A DNA stretch of 63,790 nucleotides, filler included, from an uncultured Rhodopirellula sp. (GTDB taxonomy: Bacteria > Planctomycetota > Planctomycetia > Pirellulales > Pirellulaceae), in the NCBI GenBank assembly GCA_964007735.1. It is 5 parts of 5 records of this genome, joined end to end, with 100 filler letters (N's around TTAATTAATTAA, not from the genome) between each part and the next. Parts side by side here need not be neighbours in the genome. Positions count along the whole stretch, not along the records: positions 28,422 to 42,301 come from CAXGAI010000078.1; positions 42,402 to 55,889 come from CAXGAI010000079.1; 3 more parts are not named here. One strand, written 5' to 3'. Under the pieces are notes generated by a model that had not been told where the DNA came from, searched no databases, and worked only from the letters and a program-made list of their open reading frames with translations. This document shows positions 41,037 to 50,699 of this stretch, one piece after another. Each line of letters starts with the position of its first letter. The first letter of the stretch is position 1. The position numbers and the translations under genes are program-made.

Positions 41037-42301
41037 TCATTGTTGCTGATATTTATCCCGCAACCATTTTTTTGAAAACTCAATTGCAAGACGAGGGGTT
41101 GGACAATGTCCAGACTCAAAAATTTCAATCTGCTTCTCATTTGCTCCTAACGCATCATAAAGTGGCTTTTGTGATAATTCATGCGGGAAGATAGGATCAT
41201 ATAGTCCATTCACCATCAGCGTAGGTGTCGTTACAAACGGAGCTGCGACAGCAGGGTCAACTTCAGGTAAAGGACTGCCCCCAATACAACCTCCGCCGTA
41301 AAGCAACCCTGCTTTAAAGCGATCTTCGACAGTTAAAACGTATACTCCCATGAACGCGCCATAGCTCAAACCTGAGTAAGTTAGTGTATCCATCGAAATA
41401 TCGTTTCGTGTTTGTAGATAATCTATCGATCGACGAATATCTTTAACCATTTGGACTCGCATATCCCTCTGGGCATAACGCCCCTGTTTATCAATATCAC
41501 GTCGTTTATACATGCCTTTCAGGATCGGAACCACCGCAACATATCCCGCGTTTACGAACTCTCGAACGTAAGCGGCATCCATTGTATTGACGAAAGGCTC
41601 AAACTCGGATCGCCCCATTGCGCCAGTTCCGGGACACCAAATCACTGCGTCGTTTACTTTTCGTCCATTTCGAGGAAACAACAAGTGTATTTCGAATCTT
41701 TCACCCCCATACGCGGCATTGATTTCCACAATTTCCTGACGGAAACTCGGCACTTTCGGTTGAGCATCTTCCGAGACAAGCCTAGGGGCCAAATTTTTAC
41801 TGGCATCATAATCATAAACTCTTACTAATACCTCAAACTGTTCCTCTGTAAGCTCCGTCTTTGTATTGAATTGGCGATTATTCAATGAAACTGGCCCCTT
41901 CGTTGAATCGGCTATTGCTTCAATGTATTTCACACATCTAAATCCAGTTTTTTGCGGTCGATTAAAAGGATGTAACTCGGTCCGACTGAAAGAGATATAA
42001 ATAGGGTCACCCCATGCTGCGCCTGCAATACAGCGTTGATTACTATCTACTATCTCATTGAAAACCCATTCACTAGCGTTTCCTATCATGTCGTAAACAC
42101 CAAATGCCCCGATCCCCTTGAACCTACCGCGAGGAGCTAAACCGTCCGTTGCCAAATTGGAAAACCGACCGGCCACCTGCGAATCTCCGTATTTCGCAAA
42201 ATTCCAGTGATAAATCGTTGGCAACTCCTTTCCTACAAATTTGGCATAGGCCATCGCCTCATACCAACTCACACCGGTAACTGGAAAGTCTTCTTCTCCC
42301 G
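41037..42301 (-). CDS. FGE-sulfatase-like domain fused to an alpha/beta hydrolase, 5' truncated
   Basis: Frame open to the gap (GEEDFPVTGVSWYEAMAYA); GVYDMIGNASEW, GFRCV; hydrolase triad motifs GLSYG, NGLYDPIF, SGH. Confidence 0.8.
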
Positions 42302-42401
42302 NNNNNNNNNNNNNNNNNNNNNNNNNNNNNNNNNNNNNNNNNNNNTTAATTAATTAANNNNNNNNNNNNNNNNNNNNNNNNNNNNNNNNNNNNNNNNNNN
42401 N
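42302..42401. other. Artificial contig linker
   Basis: 44 N + TTAATTAATTAA + 44 N. Confidence 0.99.
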
Positions 42402-43040
42402 TTTTCCATGGATGGATATATAGCCAACCTGCCGGTCATCTGTGAATTGGCTGATAAGTATGACGCAATGGTGATGGTTGACGACTCACATAGTGTTGGT
42501 TTTATGGGCCGGCAAGGACGTGGGACACATGAGTATCATGACGTTCTGGGACGTATCGATGTGATTACCGGAACGCTTGGGAAAGCCCTCGGAGGCGCAT
42601 CCGGGGGATATACCAGTGGCCGTAAGGAAATAGTGGAATTGCTAAGGCAGCGGTCCAGACCCTATCTTTTTTCTAATTCCGTAGCACCCCCTATCGTCGG
42701 TGCCTCTATTAAAGCCATTGAATTATTGACCGAATCCACAGAATTAAGAGATAAGCTGGAGGCCAATACAAAGTATTTTCGTAATGCCATGACGACAGCA
42801 GGGTTTGATATCCTTCCGGGGGAACATCCGATTGTACCGGTGATGCTGGGCGACGCGGCTCTGGCAACCAAATTTGCAGACGCTATGCTTGAGCGCGGCG
42901 TTTACGTCATCGGGTTCTCTTACCCGGTTGTTCCCAATGGTACGGCAAGAATAAGAACACAGATTTCAGCAAGTCACGAAATTGAAGATCTGGATAAAGC
43001 GGTGCAGGCATTTAGGGACGTTCGAGCCGCATTGCTTTAA
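42402..43040 (+). CDS. kbl: Glycine C-acetyltransferase, 3' half (same gene as 28422-29019)
   Basis: VDDSH, PLP-lysine motif [28 protein letters not shown]. The first 55 bp are the exact reverse complement of 28422-28476. Confidence 0.96.
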   Translation, partial: FSMDGYIANLPVICELADKYDAMVMVDDSHSVGFMGRQGRGTHEYHDVLGRIDVITGTLGKALGGASGGYTSGRKEIVELLRQRSRPYLFSNSVAPPIVGASIKAIELLTESTELRDKLEANTKYFRNAMTTAGFDILPGEHPIVPVMLGDAALATKFADAMLERGVYVIGFSYPVVPNGTARIRTQISASHEIEDLDKAVQAFRDVRAALL

Positions 43041-44014
43041 AGTTTGAAGATTTCCATCTCTCTTGCGACACGCATTCCAGCACGTTGGATAAATCTTCGT
43101 TCCATTGTGCCCCGGCGCAGGGCAGGGTTTGTGTGATTTAAGTGGATGAAGTGAATGGATTGTCGCAGCTTCTCCGGCATCTTAATGAATTTTTGGATCG
43201 ATTCCTGAATGAGAGGGTGTGGGATTTCTGCAAGCGACCGATTCGGTAATTCTGCTCCACTGAAAAACGTTCCATCCAGATAAGAACGCTCGACCTTTTT
43301 GACCAATGCTTCAATCGGTAAATTCCATTTCTCCCATTTGTCGATATCCGGGATGAACAGGATGGACCTTTGCGGTCCGGTTACACGGAACCCGACAGTC
43401 TCGGAGTATTCGTCACGATGCGGAACGGTAATAGCCATCAGTTCGATACGGTCGTTTAGTTTGACTACCTGATCTTCCTGAAGGTCTTGTAAAACGATAT
43501 TTTCCAAGTGGACAAGCTGGTCCCAGGGCCCGTTGGTTTTCAGGAACTCTTTCATTCTTGGCATGACATGAACTGGAACCGATTTGGCGCCTATTACCTC
43601 CCGTCCCAAATGAATGAGTCCACTATAGTGTCCAATGTGTGCATGTGTCAGGAAAATACCGTCTACCAATGGGCCTCCTTCAACTTTAGGTTCGAGTTTG
43701 TTTAGAAGTGCTAGTTGCTGAGGGAAATTTGGCGTGCAGTCAAGGATCCAACGCTGATGAGTGTCCGGATCTACTATGGCCAGGCAGGAGACCATCGCAC
43801 CAGTCCTGCGAGATTCGAAAAGGGGTGCACAACATTCCTTTTGACACCCAGCGTGTGGATAACCCCCATCCTGTGCGATTCCAAGGACTACAATATACGG
43901 GTCTGCCGCATTAGCTGAAGCTAGCAAGCCGCAGATAAGGAAGAATGTTGCCGTGGCAAAGTTGATTGAATTTCGATGGTGAGTAACAACGCATGCAAAT
44001 CTTAAATTAGTCAC
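43037..44014 (-). CDS. MBL-fold metallo-hydrolase, PqqB-like, probably exported
   Basis: [60 protein letters not shown]. Confidence 0.85.
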   Translation of the reverse strand: MTNLRFACVVTHHRNSINFATATFFLICGLLASANAADPYIVVLGIAQDGGYPHAGCQKECCAPLFESRRTGAMVSCLAIVDPDTHQRWILDCTPNFPQQLALLNKLEPKVEGGPLVDGIFLTHAHIGHYSGLIHLGREVIGAKSVPVHVMPRMKEFLKTNGPWDQLVHLENIVLQDLQEDQVVKLNDRIELMAITVPHRDEYSETVGFRVTGPQRSILFIPDIDKWEKWNLPIEALVKKVERSYLDGTFFSGAELPNRSLAEIPHPLIQESIQKFIKMPEKLRQSIHFIHLNHTNPALRRGTMERRFIQRAGMRVAREMEIFKL

Positions 44015-44478
44015 GGGGCGGCCCTCCGCAGGAGTTTAAGAAATTCAGGTTTCCCGATTCCGCCTACATGCCATCTTAACGCCTCTCCGTTTGGATCTGT
44101 AACGATGGTGATTGGTGTGCCACCAATGTTGTAGCGATCGAGTAAAGAAGCATTCTTAGGGTTATCCACATCAATGGTAACGGGGATGAATTCTGAATTG
44201 ACAATCTTCATTACAAGGTCATCTGCCCAGACCTGACGTTTCATGATCTTGCAGGGAACACACCAGTCCCCCGTAAAAAAGAGAATGATCGGCTTGCGAG
44301 ATTGGTCAGCCGCTTGCCGAGCCGAAGTGTAGTCGTCTGCCCAGGCGATGTTATTCGAGGGTACGTAAAAGCAATACCAGACATAGAAAATAGAAACTAC
44401 GAAAGTCACACGCCAGAACCATCTCCACAGCCAGTTCGAATTTAAAGAAAGTAATATTCCTTTGTTATTTGTGCTCAT
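44011..44478 (-). CDS. Membrane-anchored thioredoxin-family protein
   Basis: N-terminal TM helix, FTGDWCVPCK, GTP cis-Pro loop. Confidence 0.88.
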   Translation of the reverse strand: MSTNNKGILLSLNSNWLWRWFWRVTFVVSIFYVWYCFYVPSNNIAWADDYTSARQAADQSRKPIILFFTGDWCVPCKIMKRQVWADDLVMKIVNSEFIPVTIDVDNPKNASLLDRYNIGGTPITIVTDPNGEALRWHVGGIGKPEFLKLLRRAAP

Positions 44479-44494
44479 GGTCTAAAAACTATGG

Positions 44495-46090
44495 CTACTT
44501 GGCCTGTTCAATGGTGTCGATATTTGTGACCACATACCGGGAACCGTCCCGGCGAAATGGCCCGGTGATTCTTGCTACACGACCGACGTAGTGATCGATA
44601 CGTTTTCCATTGAGATTTCCAAAACTCGCGTCTAATTTTACGTCACTGCCGTCTGAAAGACGGATGTAATAAACGTTCGTTTTTTCAAGGTCCGTAGTGG
44701 GGCGAACCAATCCGGAAAACTCCAGCTTGTTTCCGTTAACCTGGACAACCCAATTGCCAGTATCCGTAACTCCAAAGTCGTAATTCATCGTTCTGTCCAG
44801 ACCTTCAAGAGTCCCTGTGATAGAGCCCAGTCCTGACGCGTCCACTCCCATTCGTTCGGCAAGTCCGGCAAGCAAATTTCCATACGGTTGGGAGTCTGGG
44901 TATTTAAGCCAACGCCCTGTCTTGATCCCGGCATTTTTACCGCCGGCGAGAACGACAGGTAGATCCCTGCCAGAGTGATAGTCGCCATGCTTCATGCTGG
45001 AGCCAAACAAGAGCATGGTGTTGTCTAGTAGCCTTTCGCCGGCTTCTTCGATTGCCGAAAGCCGTTGCGTTAGGTATTTGAACTGTTCAACATGCCACTG
45101 CGTGATCATGTTGAAGTGGGTGATATACTTAGTGCCGGCATTTCGCACAAAGTGCGATAGGTAGTGATGCTCTTCATTGATTCCAAGGAAATCAAAAACA
45201 ATACGACTGCTGGAATTCGCCATTAGGAATGAACTCATTCTTGTCGTATCAGTCCAGAAGGCAAGCACCATCATGTCTAGTAAAGCTTTTACCCGGGTAG
45301 GAAAACTTTCTGATACGATCGGGCGTTGCAATTTTGGTTTGGTGGTTGGTGCGAAGGTATCGTCAGCCGACTGTTCCTCGAGATCGCGGATTTGCTGTTC
45401 TACACGACGAACGGCTTCAAGATAGGCCTCTAGTTTTCTAACGTCGTCGCTGCTTCCTTTTCGCTTCAGATCTCGTGCGTCTTCGAGTACGGCATCTAAG
45501 ATGCTCAGATTTCGGGCCCGATCCCCCTCTTTGTTTATTCCGCGGAACATGCGGTCAAAGACAATTTGAGGATCACTTTCTCGAGGTACTGCTCGGCCCT
45601 TTTGGTCGTAGGAGATATAACTGGTCACCGGTTCAGGTAAAAAGATTCCATCGCAGGTTAATTCCAGACTGGGAAGATTTGTGTTCTTACCAGCTTTGCG
45701 AGCAATCAACTGATCGATGGTTTCCGGTTGTTGTCGGTCCAGGCTGCGGCCGTTTGCACCGGTCGCACCTAAGAATGCGACGGCGCAACTATGGTGACTC
45801 CATCCGCCCTCTGTATGATCAAGATTCGAAAGAAAGAGTACATCGTCTTTGACCGTTTCCAGAGGCTTTACCAGAGGAGAGAATTCAAAATCAGTCTCGC
45901 TAGTACCGCTAATATCCCAGGACGGCGGATGAACCCCATTACCCTTATAAAGAACACCTAAGCGAATTGGCGGTTTGGCCTGGGGCTTGGCCTGCACTGC
46001 TGGTGCCATGATGTCTAGCAGCGGAAGTGCCAAAGCCGTTCCGGTTCCTCGCAGAACCTGTCGTCTATTAATCAAATATGACTTCATCAT
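44495..46090 (-). CDS. DUF1552 (HxxSH) protein with C-terminal extension
   Basis: Tat-like NRRQVLRG..LALPLL, TIDQ.IA, DPQIVFDRMF, YLEAVRRVE, HHYLSH, LLDNT.LLFGS, LPVVLAGG. Confidence 0.9.
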   Translation of the reverse strand: MMKSYLINRRQVLRGTGTALALPLLDIMAPAVQAKPQAKPPIRLGVLYKGNGVHPPSWDISGTSETDFEFSPLVKPLETVKDDVLFLSNLDHTEGGWSHHSCAVAFLGATGANGRSLDRQQPETIDQLIARKAGKNTNLPSLELTCDGIFLPEPVTSYISYDQKGRAVPRESDPQIVFDRMFRGINKEGDRARNLSILDAVLEDARDLKRKGSSDDVRKLEAYLEAVRRVEQQIRDLEEQSADDTFAPTTKPKLQRPIVSESFPTRVKALLDMMVLAFWTDTTRMSSFLMANSSSRIVFDFLGINEEHHYLSHFVRNAGTKYITHFNMITQWHVEQFKYLTQRLSAIEEAGERLLDNTMLLFGSSMKHGDYHSGRDLPVVLAGGKNAGIKTGRWLKYPDSQPYGNLLAGLAERMGVDASGLGSITGTLEGLDRTMNYDFGVTDTGNWVVQVNGNKLEFSGLVRPTTDLEKTNVYYIRLSDGSDVKLDASFGNLNGKRIDHYVGRVARITGPFRRDGSRYVVTNIDTIEQAK

Positions 46091-46155
46091 GATATCTTCA
46101 TTATAGTTAAAATCCGGTGGAACTCGCTGGTGAAGAGGTGTTGGAAAGCGTTTCG

Positions 46156-48054
46156 CTACTCGTTTGCTGCTTGTCGGTGCTGAAAGGGTATACTGGTGGC
46201 GATAGCTTTAATAAGGACGTGAAAACGGTCCTCTCCATCTTTTAATTGTTTTACAAGGTCGTCGACAACTGGCTTGTCATAATATCGTAATCGACGCCCT
46301 AGAGCATATGCCAACATTCGTTCCGTAATGTTACGACGGATTTGAGATGAGTATTGTGATATCAGAATAGCTTTGAGTTCTGCAGGAGTGTTAAATGATT
46401 GCCCGGTTGGTAGAGTCCCCGCAGCATTGATGTTGTTTGTACGGAAGCGTCCGAGAGGGCCGAAATTCTCCAATCCTAATCCCAGAGGGTCAATATGTTG
46501 GTGACAGTTGCGACAACTTTCGTTGGCCGTATGTAGTTCCAGTTGTTCACGCACAGTGAGTGTTTTGCCGGGTACGCGGGTATCTTCTAGCGGTGGAACG
46601 ACGGCGGGGGGCTCGGGAACAGGTGTTCCAAGAATCTTATCTAATACCCATACCCCTCTGCGTATAGGGCTCGTTCTTTGTGGAGCTGAAGTGATCGCCA
46701 TCGAGGCTGCCATGGTCAGGTAGCCGCCACGGTTAGGGTCCGAATGCGGCCAGCGGATAAGCGGATCGGGTGCATCCTCACGACCGCGAAGCCTGGTTTG
46801 GACAGGAGACTTGAAGTTGTTAATACCGTAGAGTCCGGCGAGCATTTGATTCATGTATGATTCTTTGGAGTCAATGATTTCGAAAACACTACGATTCTCG
46901 CGAACAAGGTACTCAAAATACAGTAGGGCTTCGTCATACATGGCCAGTCTCTGTTTAACGACGTTGTTGTTACCCGTACTTATAATCTGATCGGAAATGA
47001 CCTCGTGGAACCCTAGCCACTGACCGCCGAAATTCCGTGCAAACTCTAACAGGCCCGGGGACTGCAATAGGCGGTCGATCTCTTGATTGAATTCTTCAGG
47101 CTGCCGGAGTTCTCGATGAATCCCTTTTCGCAATAATTGGTCATCAGGCAGAGAAGATGTAAGAAAATAGCTTAGGCGTGTCGCTAGTTCCGAATCGTGA
47201 ATTCGGTGATATTTCGTAGACGTTAAGGTTTCTTCAAAACGGTATAAGAAATGAGGTGATGTTAAAACGGCTACCAGAGTGTTTTTAATGGCTGCGTCAT
47301 GATCATCCCCCTGCTGCGTCGCCCTGAGGTAGATCTGGTGATATTTTTCCACCTCCTCGATACCCACCTGTCGACGGAAAGCACGAGGTATAAATGTGCT
47401 AAGAATTTCCATCGCATCGGAGGAATTCTCAAAGACACGTCGCTGAGCGGATTCGAAGGAGTCGATTTGATCTACGCAGTATCGGGCAATCTGCAATAGC
47501 TTCACAATGGACGCCTGATCCAGATTTAAGACGGCGGCATCGTTTCGGAATCCGGAGCCTCCGGGAGGGTCAGGAGGTAAAAGCTTTTCCACGATGGTTG
47601 GTGGAGGTTTCATGAATCGGAATCCATCCTTGGCTAATTCCTGATGAAGTTGGATACTGAGGAGGTCTTCAATGGAATTCTGGTATTCTCGACGAGTTAG
47701 GCGTCTAAGCGGTGAATCGCCGACGACGATTTCCGTGACATTTAGAAAACTTTCCTGGTACCAATGTTCGAACGATTGCAGTTCATCTTCGGTTAGAGGT
47801 GAATTGTCATCGGGAGGCATTGTGCCACCTCGCAACACTTCATGGACCCGTTCCCAGATATCATCGGTTTGGAGAGCCTGCCCTTGAGTGGTAATGGCTG
47901 TGAGATCAAGTTTCCCCGCGGGCTTCTCGCCCTGATGACATTCCACGCATTTGTTTCGCAGAATCAGTTTGATGTCTGTGAACGAGGGAGCGGCCGTCAG
48001 AATTGGTGTCCACAGGAAGGCGAGCGATAGGATTGCATAAAGAGTGGGATTCAT
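46156..48054 (-). CDS. Planctomycete cytochrome c + DUF1587/1595/1592/1588/1585 multi-domain protein
   Basis: CVECH, RRLTRREYQNSI.DLL, SPHFLYR, ELATRLSYFL, FGGQWL, RTSPIRRGVWV, CRNCHQHIDPLG..LENF, YALGR. Confidence 0.92.
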   Translation of the reverse strand: MNPTLYAILSLAFLWTPILTAAPSFTDIKLILRNKCVECHQGEKPAGKLDLTAITTQGQALQTDDIWERVHEVLRGGTMPPDDNSPLTEDELQSFEHWYQESFLNVTEIVVGDSPLRRLTRREYQNSIEDLLSIQLHQELAKDGFRFMKPPPTIVEKLLPPDPPGGSGFRNDAAVLNLDQASIVKLLQIARYCVDQIDSFESAQRRVFENSSDAMEILSTFIPRAFRRQVGIEEVEKYHQIYLRATQQGDDHDAAIKNTLVAVLTSPHFLYRFEETLTSTKYHRIHDSELATRLSYFLTSSLPDDQLLRKGIHRELRQPEEFNQEIDRLLQSPGLLEFARNFGGQWLGFHEVISDQIISTGNNNVVKQRLAMYDEALLYFEYLVRENRSVFEIIDSKESYMNQMLAGLYGINNFKSPVQTRLRGREDAPDPLIRWPHSDPNRGGYLTMAASMAITSAPQRTSPIRRGVWVLDKILGTPVPEPPAVVPPLEDTRVPGKTLTVREQLELHTANESCRNCHQHIDPLGLGLENFGPLGRFRTNNINAAGTLPTGQSFNTPAELKAILISQYSSQIRRNITERMLAYALGRRLRYYDKPVVDDLVKQLKDGEDRFHVLIKAIATSIPFQHRQAANE

Positions 48055-48195
48055 AGGTTTAGTTTACTGTTGGATTGAACGAGTGACTATGTCGAGTGTA
48101 TTTCTTTGTATTGCAGTAGTAATGCGTTAGATGGATCCATCCGGTAAAATAGCCACTAGTGAATGGAAATATATTCTTTCGGATATTACTAAGCA

Positions 48196-50646
48196 ATGAA
48201 ATGCACTAAATCGTATCTCGTCTCCTCGCTTTTTACGGTATGTCTATTGTATTTGTCCTCATCGCTGAAGGGAGAGGACGTAGACTTCGCTCGGGATGTA
48301 TTGCCAATCCTGTCCAATAAGTGTTTTGTCTGTCATGGGCCGGATTCAAATGATGCGGAGATGCTGAGGCTGGATACGGAAGAACTGGCAACGGTGGACC
48401 GGGGTGGCTATCACGCTATTGATCAGGGAGCACCTCGCAAGAGCGCTGCGCTCCATCGCCTGCTATCCAAAGATGACCCGATGCCTCCCGCAGATGCGGA
48501 AAAGCAGTTGACGGTAACTGAACGCCGGCTCTTGGTCGACTGGATTAAACAAGGAGGCCGTTATGCCAGACATTGGGCATTTGTAGCACCACTGAAAGAA
48601 GTTCCTCGGTCGCATCGCAATGCTTCCCGGAGCGAAATAATTGACGCCTTCATTGCAGACGGTCTCAAGGAGGCAGGGGTGAAGTTTAATGAGGTGGCAG
48701 ATAAAAGTACGCTGGCGCGTCGCGTTTCTTTGGTGCTGACGGGCTTACCGCCCGAATTAGATGTTTTAGATGCTTATCTGGAAGATGATTCGGATGAGGC
48801 CTATGCAAATCTTGTGGAAACGTTGTTGGCGAGTTCTAGGTATGGCGAGCATCAGGCGCGTTATTGGCTGGATGCTGTACGTTATGGAGATACACATGGC
48901 CTCCATCTCGATAATCGCCGCGGTATCTACCCTTATCGTGACTGGGTCGTTGGTGCTTTGAATGACAACCTCCCGTTCGATCAGTTTATCACCTGGCAAC
49001 TGGCTGGGGATCTTCTGCCGAACCCCACGTTGGAACAACGCGTTGCGACGGGCTTTGTGCGTATGAATCCGAGTACGGCAGAAGGTGGGGCGATTCCGGC
49101 CGAATTTCAGGCGAAGAATAATTTCGACCGTACTGAGACGTTGGGAACGGTTCTGTTGGGGATGACTCTGACGTGTTCACGTTGCCATACTCACAAATAC
49201 GACCCCATCACACAGATTGAGTACTATCAATTGCTTGCGTTCTTTAATAGTACCGCTGAAAATTCGATGGATGGTAATTCTTACCAGTACAACCCTGTGA
49301 TCAACGCTCCCAAAGATCAGCAGGCGTGGCAGCAGTGGAAATCGCGTGAAGCTGCGAAAGTTTCTCTGGTGGAGATGGCAGAGCAATTAGTTGGCGATAA
49401 AGTCAAGTTTGATGAAGAGCAAATGAAAGCCTGGGAGATGGCTGATGTGGGTTCGAGATTAGGTCAGGTGGCAGATGCGGATGGTCCATTCGCCGGCGAA
49501 TCAGTTCATCAGGAGGCGATCAATTTGCTGGCGAACGCTCAGGAGGCCGCGAAGAACTTTACCACGACGTTGGTTGCTAAAGAACTTGATGCTCCTCGCG
49601 AAACTAAGGTGTTGCACCGGGGTGAATACAGTCAGCCTCAAGGAGAACCATTACAGCCAGGGGTATTAAGCGTTATGGGGGGCCTGCCTGAAGGAGCTCC
49701 CGGGAATAGATTGGGATTGGCGGCGTGGCTTACAGCAGACGAACATCCGGTGGTGTCGCGAGTGATCGTCAATCGCTTGTGGGCTCGGGTTTATGGGGTT
49801 CCGCTTGTACGGACGCCGGAAGATTTTGGCGTGCAGGGCGAACATCCTACGCACCCGAAGTTGCTGGATTGGCTGGCGGTTGATTTCCGGGAAAATGGAT
49901 GGGACTTGAAGCGTATGTTGCGTCTGATGGTGCATTCCCGAACGTTTAAGCAGAGTTCATCGTGGCGGAAGAATGTAAGCGATCCGGAAAACAAACTGTT
50001 TGCCAGAGGCCCTAGTTATCGATTGGATGCTGAAGTTTTGAGAGATATTGGCTTGTGGGCAAGCGGATTGTTAAGTCCCCATATGGGAGGTGAAGGAGTA
50101 AAGCCATATCAACCTGATGGAATGTGGAAAGCTCTTGCCCATCCTGGAAGTAACACAAAGCAGTACGTTCGTGATAATGGGGAGTTGCTTTATCGGCGCA
50201 GTCTTTATGTTTACTGGAAGCGTACCAGCCCCCATCCGATGATGACGTTGTTTGATGCTCCAGATCGTGAGTCAAGTTGTGTGCAGCGTCAGCGAACCAA
50301 CACGGCATTGCAGTCGCTTGGTTTGCTTAACGAAACGCAACGAGTCGAGATGGGGCGTGTTCTGGCTGAAAGATTGTTAACTCAGGCCGATTCTGATGAG
50401 GCTCGAATTGACTTGCTATTTAGATTGCTGACAAGCCGCGATGCCTCTGAACAGGAGAAGAACGCCGTTCTTGGATTAGTCGATGCTATGAAACAACGGT
50501 TCGTCGACGCCAGTGATGATGCCAACTCTCTCTTAGATGTCGGGGAGGCAGAACAAAATGAGAGCCTTGATGTGATTGCCCATGCTGCCTGGACACAGGC
50601 AACGATTGCCGTGCTGGCAAGTGATCCGGCGATCCTCCTTTATTAA
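48196..50646 (+). CDS. Planctomycete cytochrome c + DUF1549 + DUF1553 protein
   Basis: CFVCHGPD, HWAFVAP, WLDAVRYGDTHG, CSRCHTHKYDP, PTHPKLLDWLA, RRSLYVYWKR. Confidence 0.93.
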   Translation: MKCTKSYLVSSLFTVCLLYLSSSLKGEDVDFARDVLPILSNKCFVCHGPDSNDAEMLRLDTEELATVDRGGYHAIDQGAPRKSAALHRLLSKDDPMPPADAEKQLTVTERRLLVDWIKQGGRYARHWAFVAPLKEVPRSHRNASRSEIIDAFIADGLKEAGVKFNEVADKSTLARRVSLVLTGLPPELDVLDAYLEDDSDEAYANLVETLLASSRYGEHQARYWLDAVRYGDTHGLHLDNRRGIYPYRDWVVGALNDNLPFDQFITWQLAGDLLPNPTLEQRVATGFVRMNPSTAEGGAIPAEFQAKNNFDRTETLGTVLLGMTLTCSRCHTHKYDPITQIEYYQLLAFFNSTAENSMDGNSYQYNPVINAPKDQQAWQQWKSREAAKVSLVEMAEQLVGDKVKFDEEQMKAWEMADVGSRLGQVADADGPFAGESVHQEAINLLANAQEAAKNFTTTLVAKELDAPRETKVLHRGEYSQPQGEPLQPGVLSVMGGLPEGAPGNRLGLAAWLTADEHPVVSRVIVNRLWARVYGVPLVRTPEDFGVQGEHPTHPKLLDWLAVDFRENGWDLKRMLRLMVHSRTFKQSSSWRKNVSDPENKLFARGPSYRLDAEVLRDIGLWASGLLSPHMGGEGVKPYQPDGMWKALAHPGSNTKQYVRDNGELLYRRSLYVYWKRTSPHPMMTLFDAPDRESSCVQRQRTNTALQSLGLLNETQRVEMGRVLAERLLTQADSDEARIDLLFRLLTSRDASEQEKNAVLGLVDAMKQRFVDASDDANSLLDVGEAEQNESLDVIAHAAWTQATIAVLASDPAILLY

Positions 50647-50699
50647 AGCAACTTGGAAAGACGAACTGTCGTCAAATTTAGGCAAAGAAACGATAGAGA

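Noticed and set aside
43037..44014. PQQ biosynthesis locus
   Set aside because: Only a PqqB-like fold with a likely signal peptide; no pqqA/C/D/E nearby
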